Of a stretch of 64,000 nt of DNA, positions 10,259 through 17,879 are shown one piece after another (positions within the stretch are counted from its first letter, which is position 1; the number at the start of each line of letters is the position of its first letter). Source of the stretch: an uncultured Gammaproteobacteria bacterium. GTDB taxonomy: Bacteria; Patescibacteriota; Patescibacteriia; Patescibacteriales; GWC2-42-12. Under the pieces are notes generated by a model, which had not been told where the DNA came from, made no database searches, and was given only the letters and a program-made list of their open reading frames with translations. A program made the translations under genes and the position numbers. Where the stretch lies: assembly GCA_964537265.1 (NCBI GenBank), contig CAZHZE010000001.1, forward strand, positions 91,103-155,102, read 5' to 3'.

Positions 10259-11494
10259 ATGGATAAAATTACTCTTAAAAAACAAAACCGAGGAGTAGCT
10301 CTTATTTTAACCATTCTTCTAATGGCTTTGGTTTTATTTTTATCATTATATCTTATAAATTTTACTTTAACCGAAGATCGTATCGCCAGAAGCCAATCTT
10401 GGGGAGCTAAAACTTATTATCTTTCTGAAGCTGGAATTCAAGACATGGTGTGGAAACTAAAAAACGATAATACTTACAAAAATAATTTTGAAACTAACCC
10501 TAATTGGACTGCAAGTTTTACTCGCACAAATCCGTTCGGTTCCAGCAACGGTTCATATACAGTTAGTATAGCCAACAGCAGTTTAGCTCATGGCGTAATT
10601 ACTTCTATTGGCACAATTGATATCGGCAACGGCAAAACCAGCCAAAGAATAGTAAAAACTTATGTTTACAGAGCCTTAGGACAATCAGGTGTTGAAGACA
10701 ACTGCGGTTTTGCTGATGGTAATATTGATATTTCGGCAAGCATTGTTAATTTTCATGATGGTAGCTCACATTCAAACAATAATTTTATTGTTAATGGATT
10801 AAGCACTGTTAATGTGGATACAGATTTAGATGCTGTTAACCAATATAATAAATCTTGGCTTTCTACGGTAAATGTAGGCGGAGATATTCACTCAGCAAAT
10901 TATCCTCCGGCGGCTACAGCCATTACTATGCCGGCTATAGACTTTGATTCAGCAAGCCCCAACTCTTTAAAAAATAGAGCCGACGTCGTATATAGCCAAA
11001 ATCAATTTGATAATTTAATGGCTAACAACCAAAATTTAACTTTAACCGGACCAATAACTTATGTTGATGGAGATGTAGAATTAAGAGGAAACCAACATTT
11101 AACTATTAACGGCCTTTTAGTGGTAAGTCGTGATTTAATAGTCGGCCATTGGCTTTGTAGGGGTTTGCGCTGCGGCAATAATTCCATAACAGTAAATCAT
11201 ACTACCGGTGAAGCAGCTGGTATAATAGCTAAAAGAAAGATAAATTTTGAAACTTGGACTGGCGACATTGACATCAACGGCGCAGTTTACGCAAATGACC
11301 AATTGAATTTGTTAAGCTTCCCTATAGGTTTTGACTTTGATGTTACCGGAGGTTTAATAGCCAGAAAATTAACCATAACCAGCGTTTGGCAACCTCTTAA
11401 CATTAATTATGACAATACAATTTTAACTGAAGTTTTAGGCGCAACTGAATTTTCCCCCGTGATAACAGTCGAACATTGGGAAGAAGAATACTAA
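10259..11494 (+). CDS. large pilus-associated protein with PilX-like N-terminus
   Basis: 411 aa. NRGVALILTILLMALVLFL PilX_N-type hydrophobic N-terminus. Asn/Gly-rich, probably beta-rich C-terminal region. Confidence 0.5.
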   Translation: MDKITLKKQNRGVALILTILLMALVLFLSLYLINFTLTEDRIARSQSWGAKTYYLSEAGIQDMVWKLKNDNTYKNNFETNPNWTASFTRTNPFGSSNGSYTVSIANSSLAHGVITSIGTIDIGNGKTSQRIVKTYVYRALGQSGVEDNCGFADGNIDISASIVNFHDGSSHSNNNFIVNGLSTVNVDTDLDAVNQYNKSWLSTVNVGGDIHSANYPPAATAITMPAIDFDSASPNSLKNRADVVYSQNQFDNLMANNQNLTLTGPITYVDGDVELRGNQHLTINGLLVVSRDLIVGHWLCRGLRCGNNSITVNHTTGEAAGIIAKRKINFETWTGDIDINGAVYANDQLNLLSFPIGFDFDVTGGLIARKLTITSVWQPLNINYDNTILTEVLGATEFSPVITVEHWEEEY

Positions 11495-11512
11495 TGTGAT
11501 ATAATAAATATT

Positions 11513-12679
11513 ATGATATTAACCAACGGATCAACACGCCCGGTCGGTTTAGATATATCAGATTTATCCATAAAATTAATTCAACTAGACAAACGCCGGG
11601 ATAAAATAAAAATTAGAGCTTTGGGCAAAATAGATTTGCCCCAAGGCGTTGTTGTTAATGGAGAAATAAAAAATAATGTCGAAATTATAAAAGCTATTAA
11701 AAAACTTATATCTAACCCGCTTTACGGAAAAATAAATTCTGAAGAAGTTGTAGCCTGCCTGCCTGAATCTAAAACATTTATTAAATTAATCGAGGTGCAA
11801 AAATCGCCAAATCACTTATCGGACATTATTGGTTCAGAGATCGAAAAGCATGTTCCTATGGCGCTTAACGAAATTTACTATGACTGGCAAACTATTAAAG
11901 AGCTGCCTGATAAATATTTAGTATTAATAGGAGCGGCCCCAAAAAATATAGTTAACCAATATACGGAAATGCTGGATGGAGCAAAATTATCAGCAGTAGC
12001 TTTGGAAATAGAGCCGGTAGCTATTTGTCGCTGTTTATTAAAAGAAGAATCTTTAAATTTAAAAAACGCCAAAGCCGAAATTAACAAAAATTATGGGATA
12101 ATCGATATTGGCGCTAATCATACTTGCATGATATTTTATTCAGGCAATTCCATACTTTTCACAGTTAGCATGCCAATATCCGGCGAAGAAATAACAGCTA
12201 AGATTTCTCAAAGTCTTAATTTAACAAAAGAGCAGGCTGAAAAAGCTAAAATTATTTGCGGTTTAGATGAAAAAAAAGCCAACGGAGTAATTAAAGACAT
12301 CTTATCAGATACTTTAAAAAACTTAATGGAAAAAATAAAAGAGGCCATTTCTTTTTATGAAAATTATTTTCCACAAAACGGACCATTAAATCAAATTTTA
12401 TTATGCGGCGGCGGAGCTAATATACCTAATCTAGAAAAAATTATAAGTGAAGAAATTTCAGTTGAAGTAAAATTAGCCGATACTTTAGTTAATCTATCTG
12501 AAGTAAAAAATAAATTAGACGAAATATTCACCGAAAAACATACACTAAATGTCGCCTCAACAAAACTTGAATCCAATAATGACAAAGAGCATGATTTATC
12601 AATTAAACAAAGTTACAGCGCAACTTTTGCTACGGCCTTTGGCTTGGCTTTAAGAGGTATTTTTATAGACGAACTATAA
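11513..12679 (+). CDS. pilM: type IV pilus assembly protein PilM (actin-like ATPase fold)
   Basis: 388 aa. GLDISDLSIKLIQL start and LLCGGGANIPNL are typical of PilM/FtsA-like proteins. Followed by pilN/O-like genes. Confidence 0.85.
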   Translation: MILTNGSTRPVGLDISDLSIKLIQLDKRRDKIKIRALGKIDLPQGVVVNGEIKNNVEIIKAIKKLISNPLYGKINSEEVVACLPESKTFIKLIEVQKSPNHLSDIIGSEIEKHVPMALNEIYYDWQTIKELPDKYLVLIGAAPKNIVNQYTEMLDGAKLSAVALEIEPVAICRCLLKEESLNLKNAKAEINKNYGIIDIGANHTCMIFYSGNSILFTVSMPISGEEITAKISQSLNLTKEQAEKAKIICGLDEKKANGVIKDILSDTLKNLMEKIKEAISFYENYFPQNGPLNQILLCGGGANIPNLEKIISEEISVEVKLADTLVNLSEVKNKLDEIFTEKHTLNVASTKLESNNDKEHDLSIKQSYSATFATAFGLALRGIFIDEL

Positions 12680-12680
12680 T

Positions 12681-13211
12681 ATGATTACTTTAAACCTAAT
12701 TTCCGAGGAATTAAAAAAAGAAATAAAACTACGTCATCTTTATTTATTTATAAAAAAAATAAATTTGGCGCTAATTGTTATTACTATTATTATTGCGATT
12801 ATTCTTTTAGCTGCCAAAACCATATTGCAAGTAAATTTTAATAATATCGTTGAGCAAACTACGCTGGTAACCAAAAATAACCAAGGGTATAACAATAAAA
12901 TAAAAGAAATAAATAGTAAAATAGATTTTATAGAAAAAATACAGAACGATTTCATACCTTGGTCAAATTTATTAGAGATTATAGCTGAGATAACGCCTGG
13001 AGATGTTAATCTATATTATTTAAAAATTAATGAAGACAAATCCATTAAAATTAAAGGCAAGGCTAATTTACGTGATAGCTTATTAAATTTTAAACAAAAG
13101 ATGGAGGCCGCCACAGTCTTTAAAGATATCGATTTTCCTATAAAAAATATTTTAGAAAAAGAAAATATTGATTTTGAAATAAATGCTAAAATAATTGTTG
13201 ATAAGATATAA
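12681..13211 (+). CDS. pilN: PilN-like bitopic pilus alignment protein
   Basis: 176 aa. N-terminal ITLNLISEE (INLLP-like) motif, single TM, position after pilM. Confidence 0.6.
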   Translation: MITLNLISEELKKEIKLRHLYLFIKKINLALIVITIIIAIILLAAKTILQVNFNNIVEQTTLVTKNNQGYNNKIKEINSKIDFIEKIQNDFIPWSNLLEIIAEITPGDVNLYYLKINEDKSIKIKGKANLRDSLLNFKQKMEAATVFKDIDFPIKNILEKENIDFEINAKIIVDKI

Positions 13212-13219
13212 ATTTATCT

Positions 13220-13816
13220 ATGAATGGCATTAAATACTTAAAACTAAATTTAAAAAATAAAATTACCATAACTATGGTTGGTTTTATTATAATAATTTTA
13301 TCTTTAGTTTATTTTATTGTCGCTCCGACAATCAAAGATATAAAAACTATGGGCAATTCGATAGAAGCGCAAAGAGAAGATTTAGAAAAAAAATATATTA
13401 AGGGCCAAAGTTTAAAAAAATTGACTGAAAATTTAAATAAAATAGAGCCTAAACTTGAATTACTAAACCAAATTTTTATTAATAAAAATCGAGAGTTAGA
13501 ATTTATTACTAGTTTAGAAAAAGAAGCAAATAAAAACCAAATAGGTCAAAAAATAAATTTAAGTTCTTTAGAAAAAACAGAAAACCAAAATTTCGGAAAA
13601 ACCAATCTACAACTCTTTACTAAAGGAAATTTTATAAAACAATTGCAATATTTAAAAGATTTAGAACAATTAAACTATTATATAAATATTAATGTTATTG
13701 AATTATCGCCGCTAACTAGCGGGGAACAATTAAAAATGTTTGGTCAAGAATCTCAAGCCGCCGCAGGACAAACTAACCTTAATATGTATATTAGCGCTGA
13801 TACTTATTGGAATTAA
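13220..13816 (+). CDS. PilO-like bitopic coiled-coil protein
   Basis: 198 aa. One TM then a predicted coiled coil. Synteny after pilM-pilN. Confidence 0.45.
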   Translation: MNGIKYLKLNLKNKITITMVGFIIIILSLVYFIVAPTIKDIKTMGNSIEAQREDLEKKYIKGQSLKKLTENLNKIEPKLELLNQIFINKNRELEFITSLEKEANKNQIGQKINLSSLEKTENQNFGKTNLQLFTKGNFIKQLQYLKDLEQLNYYININVIELSPLTSGEQLKMFGQESQAAAGQTNLNMYISADTYWN

Positions 13817-13817
13817 T

Positions 13818-14096
13818 ATGAAGATAATCAAACCAATAAAAATAACTCCGAAAAAATTATCCAGTCTAACAACTATGAGTATTATTTTAATAACTCTGCT
13901 AATTTTAATCTGCATGTCCTTATTTTTATATAAAAATTTCTACCAGACTATAACGCAATCTAAGGAAATCATAATTTTGAGAGAAAAGGTAGCTGTAGAT
14001 ACTGTAAATATAGAAAAATTTAATATTATAATGAGTAAAATAGATAAAAAAACCACTTTTAATAAAACAGAAAATATTACAAGCCCATTTCATTAA
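13818..14096 (+). CDS. small single-TM protein, last gene of the pil operon
   Basis: The track ORF 13740..14096 overlaps pilO. The internal ATG at 13818 (1 nt after the pilO stop) gives MKIIKPIKITPKK..., 92 aa with one TM. Confidence 0.4.
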   Translation: MKIIKPIKITPKKLSSLTTMSIILITLLILICMSLFLYKNFYQTITQSKEIIILREKVAVDTVNIEKFNIIMSKIDKKTTFNKTENITSPFH

Positions 14097-14110
14097 AAAT
14101 TCTAAATATA

Positions 14111-14150
14111 AAAAACACCCTTCGCTCTAATCTAGCGAAGGGTGTTTTTT
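14111..14150. terminator. bidirectional rho-independent terminator (pil operon / Fe-S operon convergence)
   Basis: AAAAACACCCTTCGCT ... AGCGAAGGGTGTTTTTT. A perfect stem flanked by an A-run and a T-run. Confidence 0.85.
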
Positions 14151-15342
14151 ATAACGCCGGGGATATATGCCTTAATTTTTTTATTATTGGAGGTAAAATT
14201 TTTAAAACATGCTTTATTTCCGATCTGGTGTTGCCTTTACCGAAAGTAAATCTAATAGTGCTATGTGCGATTTCCTCTTTTATCCCCATAGCTAAAAGCA
14301 CAGATGAGGCTTTTAAACTTTCTGATGCGCAAGCGGAACCAGTAGAAACAGCGATACCTTCTAAATCTAGGGCGATTAAAATTGACTCCCCCTCAGAACC
14401 AACAAACGAAATATTGGCGTGCGCCGGAGTAGCATTTTTAAAATCAGTATTAAAAATAATATTAGGAACTTTTTGCTTAATTAAATAAACAAATTCATCG
14501 CGTAATAAAGAAATTTTTTTATTATTTTTTGCTTGCTCTTTTGCTAATAATCTTATGGCCGCGCCTAAACCAATAATGCCAGGGACATTAAGCGTTCCGC
14601 TTCTTAGATTATTTTCATGGTGACCGCCGAGCTGAATTCCGATGATTGGCGTTCCAGTCTTCACAAATAAAGCGCCAACCCCTTTAGGCCCGTAAATTTT
14701 ATGACCAGACAAAGATAATAAATCAACATGCAAATATTTAATATCGCAATTCAAAAAATTCAAAGCTTGCACTGCGTCAGTATGAAAATAAATTTTATTT
14801 TTATTATTCTGTTTACCCCTTTCTTTATTAATCTTTTCAATAATTTTTCCAATTTCTCTAATAGGCTGGATGCTACCGACTTCGCTATTAACATACATTA
14901 TAGAAACAAAAACCGTATTATCTTTTATAGCTTTTTTAAAAGTCTCTAAATTAACTACGCCATTTTTCTCAACCGGTAAATAAGTAACTTCTACGCCCTG
15001 CTTTTTTAACTTATTAAAAGGTTCTAAAACCGCCGGATGTTCTATGGCTGAAGTAATTATATGCAATTTTTTACCTTTATTTTGCAAAGCGCTTACCACG
15101 CCAAAAATAGCTAAGTTATCAGCTTCGGTAGCGCCAGAAGTAAAAATTATTTCATCGGCTTGGCAATTTAAAAATTTAGCTGTATTTTCTCGTGCTTGCA
15201 TAACAGCTGCTGAAGCTTTTTGTCCAAAGCCATGGAGCGAAGATGGATTGCCAAAATTTTTCGAAAAATAAGGTGATATAGCTTTCAACACGGCCTTATC
15301 AACGGGTGTAGTAGCGCTATGATCTAAATAGATTGGTTTCAT
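14149..15342 (-). CDS. cysteine desulfurase (NifS/IscS class)
   Basis: 397 aa. PLP-lysine motif SLSGHKIYGPKG, catalytic-loop STGSACAS. Confidence 0.9.
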   Translation of the reverse strand: MKPIYLDHSATTPVDKAVLKAISPYFSKNFGNPSSLHGFGQKASAAVMQARENTAKFLNCQADEIIFTSGATEADNLAIFGVVSALQNKGKKLHIITSAIEHPAVLEPFNKLKKQGVEVTYLPVEKNGVVNLETFKKAIKDNTVFVSIMYVNSEVGSIQPIREIGKIIEKINKERGKQNNKNKIYFHTDAVQALNFLNCDIKYLHVDLLSLSGHKIYGPKGVGALFVKTGTPIIGIQLGGHHENNLRSGTLNVPGIIGLGAAIRLLAKEQAKNNKKISLLRDEFVYLIKQKVPNIIFNTDFKNATPAHANISFVGSEGESILIALDLEGIAVSTGSACASESLKASSVLLAMGIKEEIAHSTIRFTFGKGNTRSEIKHVLKILPPIIKKLRHISPAL

Positions 15343-15405
15343 ATAATTATTTATTAGCTAAACGACTCGCCCAAAAAATTAGGCGAGCTTATCCAACCAA
15401 TAAAA

Positions 15406-15549
15406 TTATTTACAGCAACCACAAGTGCATTTTTTTATTTCAACTTTATCGCCAGCCTTTTTCATCGGCTTGCCGCAACAAGTTGGGACTTTATCGCCTT
15501 TAGCTTCAACTATGGCACCACAACCGCATTGGCATATATATTTTAACAT
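15406..15549 (-). CDS. unannotated 47-aa cysteine-rich small protein (9 Cys), desulforedoxin-like motif plus C-terminal CTCGCC tail
   Basis: Below the track's size cut-off. Manual translation: MLKYICQCGCGAIVEAKGDKVPTCCGKPMKKAGDKVEIKKCTCGCCK*. Fills the gap between the Nfu and NifS genes on the same strand. Confidence 0.5.
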   Translation of the reverse strand: MLKYICQCGCGAIVEAKGDKVPTCCGKPMKKAGDKVEIKKCTCGCCK

Positions 15550-15577
15550 ATGTTTTTTAGTTAATTAATTAATAATT

Positions 15578-15838
15578 TTAAATAGCTTTAACTTCTTTAA
15601 CGCCCTTAACCGACTTTTTTATCTCCGCTTCAATACCCTGTTTTAAAGTTAATTGCGACATCGGGCAATGAGCGCAATGACCCATTAATTCCACTTTTAA
15701 AACTCCTGATTTTTTATCAAAATTAACAAAATGTACATCGCCTCCGTCCATTTGTAAGGCCGGTCGTACTTTTTCTAAAATATTTTTTATTTTATCTTCA
15801 ATATTGTCTTTATTATCTTTATTGTTTTTTTTGATCAT
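15578..15838 (-). CDS. Nfu/NifU C-terminal-domain Fe-S carrier protein
   Basis: 86 aa. VRPALQMDGGDVHFV...GHCAHCPMSQLTLK (CxxC Nfu motif). Confidence 0.85.
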   Translation of the reverse strand: MIKKNNKDNKDNIEDKIKNILEKVRPALQMDGGDVHFVNFDKKSGVLKVELMGHCAHCPMSQLTLKQGIEAEIKKSVKGVKEVKAI

Positions 15839-15849
15839 ATTATTTTGTA

Positions 15850-16224
15850 TTATTTCTTAAATTTTATTTTATACTTCTTAATTGCTTGTCTCAAAGCTTC
15901 TATACCCAGCATTGAACAGTGAATTTTAATCTGTGGCAATCCGCCTAAATTTTTAACTATTTCATCTTTTTCAACTTTTAAAGCCTTTTCTAAAGTTTGA
16001 CCTTTAACAATATCAGTTAAAGCCGAAGATACGGCGATAGCCGCAGCGCAACCTAAGGTTTCAAATTTAATATTTGTTATTGCATTATCTTTAATTTTTA
16101 AATAAATTTTCATAACATCGCCACAGGCAGGATTGCCGACCTGGCCGATAGCATCAGCATTTTTAATTTTACCCTGATTATGGGGATTTTTAAAATGCTC
16201 AATTACTTTTTTAGAATATTGCAT
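15850..16224 (-). CDS. IscU/NifU N-terminal-type Fe-S scaffold
   Basis: 124 aa. Three scaffold cysteines in GNPACGD, LGCAAA, HCSML. Confidence 0.88.
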   Translation of the reverse strand: MQYSKKVIEHFKNPHNQGKIKNADAIGQVGNPACGDVMKIYLKIKDNAITNIKFETLGCAAAIAVSSALTDIVKGQTLEKALKVEKDEIVKNLGGLPQIKIHCSMLGIEALRQAIKKYKIKFKK

Positions 16225-16234
16225 ATTTTTATTA

Positions 16235-16975
16235 TTAATATATTTTAACTATCATACCTATTTCCGCCCAATTGTAAATTAATTTAGCCGGTCCGATGCC
16301 TAAACGAATGCAACCATGAGAAACCGGGATACCTAAATGACTTTCTCCTTCACGATAACCGTTAGGCCACACCGGTAATTCATGAATACCAAATTTACCC
16401 TGGCCTAGACCAATCCAATAAGGCATCCATAATCCGTAAGGCGACCAAGCCTTAGGGGCTTTATTTAAAATTTTAAATTCTCCTTTCGGCGTAGGCGTTG
16501 ATGGTTTGCCGGTGGAAACTTTAAAAGTGCCCATTTCTACCCCGGCTAAAAAATAACTTAGTTCCTGATTTTTGATATTAATTTCAATTTGTTTTAATAA
16601 TTTAACGCCTGCTTGAGAATTTAGCGGATCATGACCGCTATTTATCTCTTCTCCATCTTTATAGCCATCTCCATCGGTATCTGGGTTAGTTAAATCTGTC
16701 TTAAATTTTATTTCCTGTTCATCATTTAATCCGTCATGGTCATAATCGTTATTTTTCGTTTTTACTTTTTCTGTATTTAATGCGGAATAACCAGCCGCCA
16801 CTTCAACGCCGTCACTATAGCCATCGCCATCAGTGTCAGGATTTAAAAAATTAGTGTGATAAATATTTATTTCATCTTCATCAAATAGGCCATCTTTATC
16901 GCTATCAATTTTTACATCAGCCAAACAAGGAACAGCTAACAAAAATAAAATGGCTATTAAAGCTATTTTTTTCAT
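16235..16975 (-). CDS. secreted L,D-transpeptidase (YkuD) with thrombospondin-type-3-like Ca-binding repeats
   Basis: 246 aa. Signal peptide, repeated DxDxDG motifs (DTDGDGYSDGVE, DHDGLNDEQE, DTDGDGYKDGEE), catalytic SHGCIRL. Confidence 0.85.
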   Translation of the reverse strand: MKKIALIAILFLLAVPCLADVKIDSDKDGLFDEDEINIYHTNFLNPDTDGDGYSDGVEVAAGYSALNTEKVKTKNNDYDHDGLNDEQEIKFKTDLTNPDTDGDGYKDGEEINSGHDPLNSQAGVKLLKQIEINIKNQELSYFLAGVEMGTFKVSTGKPSTPTPKGEFKILNKAPKAWSPYGLWMPYWIGLGQGKFGIHELPVWPNGYREGESHLGIPVSHGCIRLGIGPAKLIYNWAEIGMIVKIY

Positions 16976-17373
16976 AATAGCTGGCTTAATTTTATATTTT
17001 TTAAAGTTTTTTCAATCGCCTGGTCTACTCTAGATAAAACATAAGTGGCCTGGCAATTGCAAAGTTTACTGCAATAGATTTTGGCGTTTTTGCCAGTACA
17101 ATGAAAACAGTTAAGCTCGCCTTCTAAAGATTTAATAATATCGTAAACATTTATTTTTTTAGAATCTTTAGCTAATAAATAACCGCCCGTAGCTCCTTTT
17201 ACGGATTTTACTAACCCGGCTTTTTTTAAACTAGCAAAAAGCTTTTCTAAATATTTTAAAGAAATATTCTCCTGTTTAGCAATAACCGATAAAGAAACAT
17301 TGCCAAACTTTTGTTGTTTAGCTAAATTTATTATGGCCCTTAAGCCATAAGTTGAACGGGTAGAAAAAATCAT
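16972..17373 (-). CDS. Rrf2-family transcriptional regulator (IscR-like)
   Basis: 133 aa. STRSTYGLRAIINLAK wHTH start, Cys-rich segment CFHCTGKNAKIYCSKLCNC. Its stop overlaps the next ATG (ATGA). Confidence 0.85.
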   Translation of the reverse strand: MIFSTRSTYGLRAIINLAKQQKFGNVSLSVIAKQENISLKYLEKLFASLKKAGLVKSVKGATGGYLLAKDSKKINVYDIIKSLEGELNCFHCTGKNAKIYCSKLCNCQATYVLSRVDQAIEKTLKNIKLSQLL

Positions 17374-17377
17374 ACTT

Positions 17378-17402
17378 AATACCTACTAAATTAGTTGGTA
17401 TT
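17378..17402. promoter_or_regulatory. 25-bp palindromic operator candidate (IscR type-1-like)
   Basis: AATACCTACTAA A TTAGTTGGTATT, 11 of 12 arm positions complementary. Lies 5-29 nt upstream of the Rrf2 ATG and over the predicted TSS. Confidence 0.45.
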
Positions 17403-17405
17403 TAT

Positions 17406-17433
17406 ATAATATCATACATTCTTTTATTGTCAA
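17406..17433 (-). promoter_or_regulatory. promoter of the Rrf2/Fe-S operon (TTGACA-16 nt-TGATATTAT)
   Basis: Minus-strand TTGACA (17433-17428), 16-nt spacer, extended -10 TGa TATTAT (17411-17406). Confidence 0.45.
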
Positions 17434-17458
17434 GTTCTGCCTCTATCGGCAGGCAAGC

Positions 17459-17487
17459 TTGACGCCGGATGCTTCTTCTGCTATATT
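17459..17487 (+). promoter_or_regulatory. rpmA promoter (TTGACG-17 nt-TGCTATATT)
   Basis: -35 TTGACG at 17459-17464, 17-nt spacer, TGC + TATATT at 17479-17487. Confidence 0.55.
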
Positions 17488-17534
17488 GAAATAGTGGTTT
17501 TTCGCCACATTTTTATTTATTAAATTATCACAAT

Positions 17535-17816
17535 ATGGCACATAAGAAAGCGGGCGGTTCTACATCGCTAGGCCGCGATTCGCAAAGTAAAAGACTGGGC
17601 GTAAAACTCTACGACGGAGAATACGCTAAAGCCGGATCGATTATTATCCGCCAACGCGGCACAAAATACAGACCAGGCAAAAATGTTAGGATTGGTAAAG
17701 ACGATACTCTGTTTGCAAAAATTGCCGGTTTGGTAAAATTTTCTACAAAAAAAATAAGGAAATTTGATAATCATCTGGTTGCTGCAAAATTCGTCAATGT
17801 AATTCCGCAAAAATAA
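17535..17816 (+). CDS. rpmA: 50S ribosomal protein L27
   Basis: 93 aa. [24 protein letters not shown]...[16 protein letters not shown]. Confidence 0.95.
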   Translation: MAHKKAGGSTSLGRDSQSKRLGVKLYDGEYAKAGSIIIRQRGTKYRPGKNVRIGKDDTLFAKIAGLVKFSTKKIRKFDNHLVAAKFVNVIPQK

Positions 17817-17830
17817 AATTTTACGAATTT

Positions 17831-17866
17831 AAAAAAGAAAGCTTCATTTAAAAGCTTTCTTTTTTA
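17831..17866. terminator. bidirectional rho-independent terminator (rpmA / pyrG)
   Basis: AGAAAGCTT-CATTTAA-AAGCTTTCT flanked by an A-run and a T-run. Confidence 0.75.
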
Positions 17867-17879
17867 TTATAAATTTTAT

